Positions 43,435-53,626 of a stretch of 64,000 nucleotides of DNA are shown piece after piece. Location: NCBI GenBank assembly GCA_965229365.1, contig OZ245878.1, positions 1,472,820 through 1,536,819 of the forward strand. The letters are read 5' to 3'. The stretch's first letter is position 1. Each line of letters begins with the position of its first letter. The stretch comes from Methanocorpusculum sp. Its GTDB lineage: Archaea; Halobacteriota; Methanomicrobia; Methanomicrobiales; Methanocorpusculaceae. The translations under genes and the position numbers were made by a program. Below the pieces are notes generated by a model. That model was not told the DNA's origin, searched no databases, and saw nothing but the letters and a program-made list of their open reading frames with translations.

Positions 43435-44274
43435 ATGGACCAGCTGACGATCTACACTGACGGAGCAAGTCGGGGAAACCCGGGACAGGCCGCTGCCGCG
43501 TGGCTGATTTTACGCGGCGATGAGGCCCTCGAGTCGGACTTTCTCACCCTTGGACGGGCAACCAACAATGCCGCCGAATACTCGGCTCTGAACTTCGCTC
43601 TCCACCGTGCCGCGAAGTTCTGTAACCCGAAAGAGACAAAAGTCGATGTCTTTTCCGACAGCAATCTGATGATCTCCCAGATGACCGGGAGATACGCGGT
43701 CAGGTCGGAGGATCTGCGGCCGCTGTATGAAAAAGCAAAAGAACTGGCATCGGTTTTTGCCTCGGTTGCCTACACCCATGTCCCGCGGGAAAACGCCTAC
43801 GTCGGGTCATGCGACTGTTTATGCAATAATGCTCTCGATCTCCTCTCTCTCAAATCCGTAACGGTCCCAAATAAAATAGAATGCGTGCCGATCGGTATCG
43901 TTCATTCGCCTTTTGAAAATGTGGACGACGCACCAAGACAAGGGATCTTTACCGACAAACCGAGCAGGATAACGATCTATGAAAAATACCGGAACGGACT
44001 CTCCGGGCTTGCCGCCGGGGACAAAGTCTTCATCCTCTGCTGGTTCAACCGAGCGGAGCGGGACATCTTGAAAGTGAAGCAGCACGGTCACGTAAAAGGC
44101 GAGATGCGCGGCGTATTCTCGACCCGTGCCCCGGTAAGGCCGAATCTGATCTCTCTTACGCTTGTGACGATCATCAGCATCAACGATCTCGTCCTCACCG
44201 TCAAGGGCCTTGAGGCGCTCGATAAAACGCCGGTCCTCGACATCAAACCGTATTACGGAGATATCGACAGCTGA
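43435..44274 (+). CDS. fusion protein: N-terminal RNase HI-like domain plus C-terminal TsaA/YaeB (TrmO-type tRNA methyltransferase) domain
   Basis: TDGASRGNPGQAAAAW and the D/E residues of the RNase H fold for about 140 aa, then IGIVHSPFEN ... GVFSTRAPVRPN ... TPVLDIKPY of the TsaA fold, one continuous frame. Confidence 0.6.
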   Translation: MDQLTIYTDGASRGNPGQAAAAWLILRGDEALESDFLTLGRATNNAAEYSALNFALHRAAKFCNPKETKVDVFSDSNLMISQMTGRYAVRSEDLRPLYEKAKELASVFASVAYTHVPRENAYVGSCDCLCNNALDLLSLKSVTVPNKIECVPIGIVHSPFENVDDAPRQGIFTDKPSRITIYEKYRNGLSGLAAGDKVFILCWFNRAERDILKVKQHGHVKGEMRGVFSTRAPVRPNLISLTLVTIISINDLVLTVKGLEALDKTPVLDIKPYYGDIDS

Positions 44275-44326
44275 GAAGCATCCGGTTTGCGATCTCCACC
44301 ATCTCCCGGACCTCGGCCTCGCACCT

Positions 44327-45254
44327 CTATTCGACTGCCCCGTATTCTTTCGCGTCCATCATCTCCCACACCTTTTTTCCGGTAGGTTTTCTCGCACGCT
44401 CAGGAAGCAGAGCGTCGGCCAGCTGATTATGCGAACAGGGATGCAGGATCGAATTTTGTGTCAGAACAAAACCGATCCCCGCGACGGAAAGATCAACGAC
44501 CCGGCACGTGCCGATCGTGTCGTAGATCTCCGCAGGGGAGCGACCTGATACTGCAGACATTTCGCAAGCAGAAACGGCATATCGAATGTCGAGATCCCGA
44601 CCACGCAGACAACAGGATCCGCCTGGATCATCTTCTTGTCCCTGACGCCCTCCCACATCGCGGCAAACACCCGGTAAAGGGCGGCAACCACCTCCTTTTC
44701 GCCGCCTTCGCGCCACATCCAGTAATGAGCGTAGTCCAAAACAACCTCGCCTGCAAGCGGCCGGCAACCACCTCCTTTTCGCCGCCTTCGCGCCACATCC
44801 AGTAATGAGCGTAGTCCAAAACAACCTCGCCTGCAAGCGGCCGGCCGCCGTAGACCACGCCGCCGAGGAGAGTGTGCCCTTCGCGGAACGCATTCACGGC
44901 AAGTGAGGCGCCGATTCGTTTCCTCCGATCCACGGACGGCACGAACGCCTCCAGATCGAAAACGAGGAACTTGGTCAGATCTGGTTTGAAGACAACCATG
45001 ATCAGGTGACCGAAAGGGCGATTAGTCCAAGAATACCAGTCCAGATCGTTTGAACGGCGATCGCCGTAAGCAGAAGACCGACGATTTTTGAGAGGATTTC
45101 GAGCACGGTTTCTCCGAGCAGTTTTTTGATCTGCGCCGAGAAGATCAGGATCAGCCACATACAAAACAGGGCAAGGATCACGGCAACGAGCGTCAGAAGG
45201 ATACCGTCCTGAGCCCCGAGGATCATCACCGTCGTGATCGCTCCAGATCCGCAC
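44327..45254 (-). pseudogene. hypothetical (possibly RNase H-like/nuclease-fold) gene disrupted by an 80-bp perfect tandem duplication
   Basis: ORF-track pieces 44628..45254, 44461..44796 and 44327..44893 share the duplicated peptide (GGVVYGGRPLAGEVVLDYAHYWMWREGGEKEVVA) in different frames. Confidence 0.5.
44685..44844. repeat. perfect 2 x 80-bp tandem duplication inside a coding region
   Basis: caaccacctccttttcgccgccttcgcgccacatccagtaatgagcgtagtccaaaacaacctcgcctgcaagcggccgg occurs at 44685-44764 and 44765-44844. Confidence 0.85.
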
Positions 45255-45706
45255 ATCACCGGCGTGCCGATGATGACGCCTGCCATGGATTTTTTGCCGA
45301 TCAGGTCGGTGCTCTCGAGATTTTTGTGCCCGGTAGAGGAGCCGCCGATGTCCAGACCGAGAACGATCTGCAGACCCAGAATAATGAGGATGATACCTCC
45401 GGCGACCTTGAAGCTCTCCGGTTCGATGCCGAGAAGATCAAACAGCAGATTATTGAAAATCAGAAATGTCAGCATTAGAGCACCTGCGACGCCCGTTGCC
45501 ACAAAAGACTGCCTGATCATCTCGGGCTTTTGGAGGTCCATGGTCAGATTGATGAACATCGAGACCGAAAGCAGAGGATTCATAATAATTATCAGCGTAA
45601 ACGTGGCTGATATGACAGCGACCATTAGTTCTAGCATAGAGATACATAATATTGAGCGTTCCAGCATATTATACCTCGGGAAGATGGAATTTTCATGGAA
45701 GACCAT
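45002..45706 (-). CDS. MarC/UPF0056-family integral membrane protein
   Basis: 234 aa, 6 TM; NPLLSV motif. Confidence 0.6.
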   Translation of the reverse strand: MVFHENSIFPRYNMLERSILCISMLELMVAVISATFTLIIIMNPLLSVSMFINLTMDLQKPEMIRQSFVATGVAGALMLTFLIFNNLLFDLLGIEPESFKVAGGIILIILGLQIVLGLDIGGSSTGHKNLESTDLIGKKSMAGVIIGTPVMCGSGAITTVMILGAQDGILLTLVAVILALFCMWLILIFSAQIKKLLGETVLEILSKIVGLLLTAIAVQTIWTGILGLIALSVT

Positions 45707-45788
45707 GAAAATTCCTTTACGCCTCTAAAAAGAAAATCAGTAGATATCGGCAGCTCGATGTCCGTCTCCAACAAATATATACCGGATT

Positions 45789-46642
45789 GTGGAATTCTAT
45801 TCACATAACAGCGAAATGGCAGAGAAAGAAGTTATCCGTGTTGAAAGACTCGGCTTTCCGTTTGCAACGGACAATCCGTTTCTTTTCTGTGCTCATCATA
45901 AGGACATGTATCCGAAAGGAGAACGAGACCTTGGTCAGGCCATCTCTCTTTCCGGCAGAAATCTGGGAAACGATTTCGTCATAAAAAACGGGTTTAGCAT
46001 GTATCACGGGCAGCGGGTCCCTGAATTCCAGGTCCATCCACACAGAGGATTCGAGACGGTCACGATCACGATACAGGGATACGTGGATCATTCTGATTCG
46101 CTCGGCGCCGCAGGGAGATATTGTAACGACGATGTTCAGTGGATGACGGCAGAATTGCACCCGTTCCCTCGCCGGCTTCGTGGTCTGCCGACCCGAAAAA
46201 TCATGTCAGAATCCTGCTCATTCGCATGGATCCGGGAGCGGAACTTCGTATCCCGGCTGTTACTCCGACGATCTCCCGTAATCTCTACTTATATGACGGC
46301 GATAAAATCGTGGTCGGAACAAAGGAGATAGGCCCATACTCGAGAATTGTTCTTTTGGGAGGCGAAGATATTTTCGTACATGCCGGAAATGCCCGATGTT
46401 CCCTGCTCCTTCTGGAGGGAGAGCCGATCGAGGAGCCGATCGCCAGATACGGACCGTTCGTCATGAACACCCCGGATGAAATCCAGGATCCCTACCGTGA
46501 CTGCCGGCAGACGGCATTTGGCGGCTGGCCATGGGATGTGCCAGACCCCGTCCACGACATCGGGGAAAACAGGTTCGCAAAGTACATCGACGGGCTTGTC
46601 GAGGAACGCCGGTCGTATCACGAACCAATGCAGGATGAATGA
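45789..46642 (+). CDS. pirin-family protein (cupin), frame broken once
   Basis: HPHRGFETVT ... GDVQWMTA in ORF 45789..46331; C-terminal cupin half in ORF 46139..46642 in another frame. Confidence 0.65.
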
Positions 46643-46783
46643 CCTGATTTCAGATTGAAAATCCTGTCTGCAATTCTTTTTTTCTTTAGAAATATCCTAA
46701 GCTGCAGATGGATTTTATATAAACCCCCTCGCATTTCCGGATGAAACCTAACCCGCTGCTAACGCGAAGTATTATGCTTCTCC

Positions 46784-47368
46784 GTGCTCCATTTAATAAA
46801 GATGGATGGGAAAACATACTCCTCTCTGAAGATTGAAAATATCGTCGCCTCCGGCGTAATTGCCGAAGAAATTGATCTTGCAGAGATCTCTGAAAAAATT
46901 GACGGGTGTGAACTCAATACAAAACGTTTCCCCGGTGCAGTGTATCGTATAGACAATCCGAAAATGGCATCGCTCATCTTTTCCTCAGGAAAGGTCGTGC
47001 TTACCGGAATCAGAAATGAAGCAGCATTAGATGAGGGTCTCGCAAAGGTGCTTGCCTCCCTGAAAGAAGCGGGCGTAAACGTGCTGGATGTCCCGCGGGT
47101 TGCCGTGACCAACATAGTCTGTTCCTACGACATCGGCCGGTTTATCAACCTGAACCGTGTGGTCGCGACCCTCTCCCTTGAAGCGATCGAGTATGAACCT
47201 GAACAGTTCCCGGGTCTCGTATACCGGATCAAAGACCCGAAAATCGTTGCACTGCTCTTCTCTTCCGGAAAGATCATCTTAACCGGCGGAAAAAATCTTG
47301 ACGATGTCAGAAAAGGTCTGGACTTCCTCGAAGAGAGTCTCAAAGACGTCTTAACCGAACAAAAATAA
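46784..47368 (+). CDS. tbp: TATA-box binding protein, second paralog
   Basis: LKIENIVASGVI ... and VTNIVCSYDIG ... repeats; 4.5 kb from the first TBP gene. Confidence 0.85.
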   Translation: MLHLIKMDGKTYSSLKIENIVASGVIAEEIDLAEISEKIDGCELNTKRFPGAVYRIDNPKMASLIFSSGKVVLTGIRNEAALDEGLAKVLASLKEAGVNVLDVPRVAVTNIVCSYDIGRFINLNRVVATLSLEAIEYEPEQFPGLVYRIKDPKIVALLFSSGKIILTGGKNLDDVRKGLDFLEESLKDVLTEQK

Positions 47369-47623
47369 TCAATTACCCTTTGTGAGATTCTCACATATAT
47401 CTTTATTTTATGTGTTTTTAATTCGGCTATGCTTGATTTATTCCCTATTTTCTCCGTGTGTCGTTGAATGCTTTGATTGAATATCGAATATACTGCGGTC
47501 AGATATCAATAGAAAAAAACACTAGTAAAAAATTAATGATTTATGAATTGAGAGATTCTGGGTAATTTCTGTTTAAATACCAGAAATAACCGTCTCGATA
47601 AAAATAATGAGTTGATGTTACTT

Positions 47624-47917
47624 TTATTCTTTCAGTGAAATCTCAAGCCCGCCGAAGAGTTTGACGGTTTTGTTGTAGGCAGCCGCGAAAATTGCACCGG
47701 CAATCATGCCGATGATGAAGCCTGCGAGTGCGTAAACGATGAAGTAAGCAAGGATATCAACAACACCCAGACCGAATCCGAATGTGAATCCTACGTCTAG
47801 CTGAAGATTGAACATCAGCAGGACACCTTTGATTATTCCAAGGATTGCCCAGAGGACAGCCAAAACTCCTCCCACAACAAATGCTGCGGATGATACACCA
47901 ATATGCTCGATTTTCAT
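47624..47917 (-). CDS. small two/three-TM membrane protein
   Basis: 97 aa, hydrophobic; overlaps the helicase stop by 4 nt. Confidence 0.3.
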   Translation of the reverse strand: MKIEHIGVSSAAFVVGGVLAVLWAILGIIKGVLLMFNLQLDVGFTFGFGLGVVDILAYFIVYALAGFIIGMIAGAIFAAAYNKTVKLFGGLEISLKE

Positions 47918-50150
47918 GGTTGAAATCTATAGTAAGAATTTACATCGGAATTATTTATAGACAAGGGTTTTTTGGATTCGCCTTCAAGGTATTTGAGAAG
48001 TTCAGCCGTACCTGCTTTATTCAGGGGCTGATTGTTATTTCCGCAATTTGGTGAGTGAATACATGACGGACACCCGTCCGTGCAGGGACAACCGGTTACC
48101 AGTTCACGGGCAAAGGTAAGAATATCGGCAAAGAGATCAGCTGCTTTTTCTGCGAGGCCGATGCCTCCTTTAACGCCGTCGTACATGAAAATGGTTGGAG
48201 CGAGCGTATCACTATGGAAGGGTGTTGCCACGCCTCCTATGTTTGATCTGTCGCACAAGACATAATGCGGCATAGCAGCTATGAGAGCGTGCTCTGCCCC
48301 GTGAAGAGACCCGGGAAATGCGTCCGCAGCAATACCGCACTCCTCATCAATAGTAATCCAGCAGGCTTTCGTCGTGAATTGTCTTGGAGCGACGTCGAGC
48401 TCGCAGGTGGTTACGATCTGATCATATTCGATCACTGAATAACCGCATAAATGTGATGAAACCTGAACTTCCCCATAATTTACAATCAGATCATGGTGTC
48501 TTCTGGTTTTTTCTCTGGATGTAATGGATATTTCTGTACGTATTATCGGTTGGGTCGAATAGATATCGGATGTTTTTACAACTCTGATAATGCGGAGTTC
48601 CGCATCGATGGTTTCGACACGGTACCGTTCCCCCTGGTGAAAAATGACTGCACCCGAATATGCTTCCATGTATGCCTGATTTTCATCCATGGTCTCAAGC
48701 GCGGTATTTTCATAACGTACCGACCATGAAGTTTCATTCATTCCAAAGAGCGGTGTATTCTGGGCCGAGTTATCTCCACCGCAGTATACATATCCTTTCG
48801 ATGTACTGGCGAGAAGATGGGTATCTTTGAGAGATTCAAGGATATCTGCGGCCGCATCACCGAAGTATTGCTGGTCACGCTCAACCCTGTAAGGAAGTTC
48901 GGAGGCAGCGTACAGGAAATGAGATGAAAGCAGGTAGGGATTGTGAATTCCAAAGATCACCTCTTCCTGCGGTGCATTGAAAAAAGCCTCGGGATTTCTG
49001 GCATAATACTGGTCTATGGGATTTTGACCGGCGATAAAAGTGATCAACGCATGCTTTCGGTTTCTTCCTGCACGCCCGACCTGCTGGAGAACAGAAATCA
49101 TGGAACCCGGAAATCCGCTTATGACTACATAGTCAAGACCGCCGACATCTATGCCGACTTACAATGCGTTTATGCTGATAACACCGGACATACTTCCTGT
49201 TTTCAGCGCTGACTCAATATCCCGCCGCTCAGACGGATGATATCCTCCGCTGTATGATGCGATTTTACCGAGGGGCTGTTCTTCCCTGCATCGTATGGCA
49301 GTGATCTCGGCGGCTTTTCGTGAACGGGTAAAGCATAAGGTCTGCATCCCTGCCTCCATTTGGGCGGTGACCAGCTCGGCGGCAGCGGAGATACTGCTTT
49401 TATTTTGTGGATAATAGATGCGAAATATGCGTTTCGCCCGGGGAAGCCGTCATTATCTACCTCAATAAACGGCAGGCCGGTTAATGTCTCGGCAAACGTC
49501 CCAGCATTTCCAAGGGTAGCCGATGAAAGAAGAAACTGCGGCTCGGCATCGTAATAATTGCAGACACGGCGCAGTCTTCTTAAGAGAAGAGCGGTGTTGG
49601 ATCCGAAGATTCCCCGATGTCTGTGTGCCTCGTCCACCACAATATAGGAGAGATTCGCCCAGAAGTCTCCCCATTTTGCGCGCCATGCAAGAATATGATG
49701 GAGTTCATACATGTTGGTGAGAATGATCCGCAAACTGGACCTGATCTTGGAACGAAGTTCTTGTCTGGTGTCTCCGTCATAGATCGCCGGTTTTGTACGT
49801 GCGCGAAGATCGGCGTCGAGCGCTTTCAGGAAAAGCAGCTGATCGCGTGTCAGTGCCTTGGTCGGATATATGAACAGTGCAGTCGCTTCCTGATTCGCGA
49901 TTAGACCCTCAAAAACGGGAAGCGCGTAGGCAAGGGTTTTGCCGGACGCGGTAAGGGTGGTAATAATGACATTCTTCCCTTCCAAAACATGATCGAAGGT
50001 ATCCGCCTGATGCGTATAGAGTTGAATCTTTTTCTCTGCAAGGTAATTCTTGATCTTCTCCGAGACCGGAGAGTGAGGGGTTTGATACTCTGGATCTTTC
50101 GCCTCCTCGCATTTTATGTACATCTGTTCTTCATCCATAGATGGCCTCAC
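47914..50150 (-). pseudogene. DEXH-box helicase with C-terminal DUF1998 zinc module (YprA/MrfA-like), split into at least three frames
   Basis: ORF 49203..50150 (TASGKTLAY ... VVDEAHRHRG), ORF 49159..49359 (motif VI region) and ORF 47914..49101 (DUF1998 with CPCTDGCPSCIHSPNC). Confidence 0.6.
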
Positions 50151-50880
50151 ATTCTGTTTTGAGAAGGAGAGACAGATTCGCTACATCAAGTTCATTATGT
50201 TCTACGATCGGGACAAGTTTTGAAACGTCCCGGGTACGCAGATAATTCTGATAATATGTCGGAACGAGATATCCCGGCAGATCATCGGTTCTCGGTCTCT
50301 GCAGGATATATTTTTCAACCGTCCCTAAACAGCAGTCGGGCATATCTCTCCCGTATAATCTCCGGGTGGGATACAACAGATCGAAATGAAGGTTGGGGGT
50401 GACCGTTCTCTCCCCGTAATAGGAGAGACGATTATTTAGATACGGAACATCGAACCATTTTCCGTTATAGGTGACCACATGGGTGTGTTTACAAAACAGC
50501 TGATTTGTTAGATAGAGAGCGGCAGGTTCATCTTTAATATCGCGAAGCAGATACTGAACGACGGTAAGTTCATTCTCTTTCCAGAAACCGCATCCGAAAA
50601 GGATAATCGGCGACTGAAACATGCCAAGTGTTTCAATATCGAAATACAGAAGATCCTCTTTTGGAAGAGCATGAGAAAAACCCAGAAGGAGCGGGTCATT
50701 TCCCCTGCGGGCATCCTGAAACAGACGGCAGATATCTTTTGGCGTATCATTTTCGATCACGTCCGCGATCTCGGATGCGCTGTCTCCCCAGCAGGTATCT
50801 CCCAAATCGATCAGATAGAGATGTCCTTTTATGCGAAGTTCGAAGGCATGCCGCGGGCCGATGCCGGAAACGAGTGTCAA
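50131..50880 (-). CDS. RNase H-like 3'-5' exonuclease (YprB/MrfB-like) partner of the helicase
   Basis: LYFDIETLG DEDD-like motif I, YNGKWFDVPYL motif II, HNELDV motif III. Upstream ORF 50877..51074 may be a detached N-terminal piece. Confidence 0.5.
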   Translation of the reverse strand: MTLVSGIGPRHAFELRIKGHLYLIDLGDTCWGDSASEIADVIENDTPKDICRLFQDARRGNDPLLLGFSHALPKEDLLYFDIETLGMFQSPIILFGCGFWKENELTVVQYLLRDIKDEPAALYLTNQLFCKHTHVVTYNGKWFDVPYLNNRLSYYGERTVTPNLHFDLLYPTRRLYGRDMPDCCLGTVEKYILQRPRTDDLPGYLVPTYYQNYLRTRDVSKLVPIVEHNELDVANLSLLLKTECEAIYG

Positions 50881-51433
50881 TTCATGCAGGCATCGGTCCC
50901 GGACCCTTTCTTCAGAAATACAATAATCCGTGCAGCTCCAGGTGGTTTTTTCGCAAGACAGGCACCCTCCGGTGTATCTATCTCATAGGTTCCGGGAATT
51001 TCTCCGTAACCCGCCTTTGGGGTTTCGGTTTTCAGAAACACTCCCGGTATTAATGCCTTGCTTTGAATCTGCATCGGATCCGATCAGCAGATTAGATAAT
51101 TCTGATCTTTTGCAAAGCATGCCGATTCAGAATTGTCGGATGCAAACCAGCAAAGCTTCGAAAGCTGATTCCTTCTCTGAATAATGGTGTATCCTTCTGC
51201 ACGTTTTGCGATTGAGTTTAACGCAATGCTCGTCATACACAAAAATCAACGTCAGAGTATATATATCCCGGACCGCGCGGTGCGATAATGCCCTGGGTGC
51301 CGTTTCAAAAATCATAAATTAAACGCAAATACGAATTATTTTGAAAATTTAATCGCGCATTGCGTCCAAAATTATCTGCAAAAAAAAAATGATGGATAAC
51401 TCAGCTGAACCGCGGGGAATGCACTGATCGAAT

Positions 51434-52778
51434 AGAGTCTGTCCAATCGTGGATTCTGTGATATAAAATCATCCCCCATTTACTCTTGTCGACTTTTTTG
51501 GAGGGTAACAATACCTTTATTTATCACTGCGCCGAGTGGTATATCTGAATTTCAAGACGAATACGAACGTATTTTCAACAATGGAGTCATCCCTCCGGAT
51601 ATGTCCATTTGCTGGCTCATGTCCCTGCTCAACATTAGTGACATTGTACGAAAAATCGAACAAACTTATTATTCACCTCATCTTCGCGATTATTTTCATT
51701 ATCCCATTGATTTTCTGATAAAACTGACTGTTGTAATGACTTATCGCAGAATAGCCTATCGTCATATTCGGCGTAAAATAACGGAAGAAGATCTCAGCCA
51801 CCTTCTTCCGGTAAAATCACCACTCTGGTTACCTTCGCCGAGTACGTTGCATTACTTTGTGAAATATCGGTTAGGTGAGGAGGGTATGGAAGTTCTTATG
51901 TTTTTGATAAGCAAAAAGATTGTCCATTTCCTCAAATCTGAAACCGAGGTAATTATCGATTCCACTCCTTTAGTTGCAAGCCGTTATTATCCCAATAGTC
52001 TGTTTAACCCTCATTATCAGGTTAAAATGGATAAAGCACATATTTTGAATCTGGGGGCTTATCCCTTGTTTATGATTCATTCAGAAGGAACGGAGAATGA
52101 CAAACCCTATGCGCATTTTTTGATTCAGATTGCCGAACTTCTCGGCGTATCCTGTGATCGTGTATTGATGGATGCGGGATATGACTCCCTAGAGCTACAC
52201 ACGTTAATATTTGAGAAACTTCATGCAAAACCCCTTATTCAACTGAGATCTGACGCGCAATTGTCCCAATTAGGTTTAGAGAAGACCATAATAAAACAGA
52301 TCAATACGTTCTGGAGAAAAGGAGGAAATGCCCAAATGTCTCTTACAGAAAAACTGGTATTTCTCTGCAAGAATGGTAAACGGGAGATGGTAGGAGCATA
52401 TCTCAGAAATCAGACTATTCTTCATGGAAGGGAGGTAAAAGATGCTATGAAAAGGCGGGGAACGTGCGAACGCAAGCATGCACACCTCAAAAAAACCGTC
52501 AAATTTGATGTGGTGCATTGCAAGAAAAACAACAGAGCGCTCTCTGCAATAATGAATTTTATAACGTTCCAATTATTGATGTTAGCCCATTTACAGAATA
52601 GATTTCAGAATATGAATTTTGCAAATTATCGATAAAAAGTCTAAAGAAGTCTGATTTGGCAGATTCCCCCAATCCCATGTCAATAGTGAAACGGTTTAAT
52701 CATGATATTCCTAGGTGAAGTTATCTCGATCAAAAAAAAACTCTGTCCAATGGATTGACGTATCGATTGGACAGACTC
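51434..52778 (+). mobile_element. IS element copy 4 (1345 bp), intact 15-bp inverted repeats
   Basis: gagtctgtccaatcg at 51434; ...ggacagactc ending 52778; no flanking direct repeat. Confidence 0.8.
51601..52635 (+). CDS. transposase of IS copy 4; canonical start codon mutated (ggtatAtctgaatttcaag versus ggtatGtctg), so the ORF begins at an internal Met
   Basis: Direct comparison with copy 1 at the start-codon position; otherwise full-length. Confidence 0.6.
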   Translation: MSICWLMSLLNISDIVRKIEQTYYSPHLRDYFHYPIDFLIKLTVVMTYRRIAYRHIRRKITEEDLSHLLPVKSPLWLPSPSTLHYFVKYRLGEEGMEVLMFLISKKIVHFLKSETEVIIDSTPLVASRYYPNSLFNPHYQVKMDKAHILNLGAYPLFMIHSEGTENDKPYAHFLIQIAELLGVSCDRVLMDAGYDSLELHTLIFEKLHAKPLIQLRSDAQLSQLGLEKTIIKQINTFWRKGGNAQMSLTEKLVFLCKNGKREMVGAYLRNQTILHGREVKDAMKRRGTCERKHAHLKKTVKFDVVHCKKNNRALSAIMNFITFQLLMLAHLQNRFQNMNFANYR

Positions 52779-52849
52779 CAACTGTCAAAGTCAGGTTATA
52801 AGAAGACATTTAAAGAAATATCCCCTTACATAATATAATCTCGATAAAT

Positions 52850-53503
52850 ATGCTTGATCAGGATAATATATCTCACTTACTGGACATCCTTGGAAACCGG
52901 AACCGAAGGCGAATCCTCGATCTACTCCGGCAGAAACCATGCTTCGTCACCGAAATATCCGACCGGCTGGTCATCAACCCGAAAGCTGTTATCGAACACC
53001 TTGCGATCATGCAGAAGGAAGCGGTCATCTCCAGTTATCAGGATGACAAGCGGCGCAAATACTACTATCTCGTCAATGACTTCACCCTCTCGGTCCAGGT
53101 CACAAAAACCGATCAGCCGGTGCAAACCGTTTCCACCGATAACGGCGATGTTCTGCCTCTTTCCGACAAGATCATGATGATTCGCCGTCTTCTCGACTCC
53201 CGGGAAAAGCTCATCGAAAACCTTGAGGCTGTGGAAAAGGATATCGACGAGATGATGGGTGACGTGATCGTCAACGGAAGAACGGTGTTCCAGAACAACA
53301 TCGAAGCCGAACTTCTTCTCGCTTTGGTGTATGCCCCGTTAACCCCGATCGAACTTTCCGATACCAGCGGCCGAAGCATCCCTGAAGTAACTGTGGCCCT
53401 GCGCTCTCTTGCGTCAAAAGGGTATGTCCACTCAGAATGGGGCCGATACTCCCTGTGCGGCATCACGCATCACGCACTCGAGACCACCGAGCTCACTTCA
53501 TAA
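52850..53503 (+). CDS. ArsR-type transcriptional regulator with two winged-helix domains
   Basis: RRRILDLLRQKPCFVTEISDRLVINPKAVIEHL HTH at the N-terminus; second wHTH-like segment near the C-terminus. Confidence 0.5.
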   Translation: MLDQDNISHLLDILGNRNRRRILDLLRQKPCFVTEISDRLVINPKAVIEHLAIMQKEAVISSYQDDKRRKYYYLVNDFTLSVQVTKTDQPVQTVSTDNGDVLPLSDKIMMIRRLLDSREKLIENLEAVEKDIDEMMGDVIVNGRTVFQNNIEAELLLALVYAPLTPIELSDTSGRSIPEVTVALRSLASKGYVHSEWGRYSLCGITHHALETTELTS

Positions 53504-53545
53504 TAAGAAACCTCTATATCTCTGCAAGTAATATGTTACTGAGAT

Positions 53546-53616
53546 GCGGTAATGGTCTAATGGCATGACAGGGGCTTCCCAAGCCTCTAATCCGGGTTCG
53601 ATCCCCGGTTATCGCA
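53546..53616 (+). tRNA. tRNA-Gly (anticodon CCC)
   Basis: Hand-folded: acceptor GCGGUAA/UUAUCGC, anticodon stem GGGGC/GCCUC with loop UUCCCAA, T-arm CCGGG-UUCGAUC-CCCGG, discriminator A. Confidence 0.85.
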
Positions 53617-53626
53617 TTCGATTTTT

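Noticed and set aside
27560-53616. tRNA-Glu and tRNA-Gly as the attachment sites bounding an integrated element
   Set aside because: The 26 kb between them is mostly conserved housekeeping genes (hisD, tfe, tbp, tfs, COG1900). There is no integrase and no direct repeat of a tRNA 3' end.
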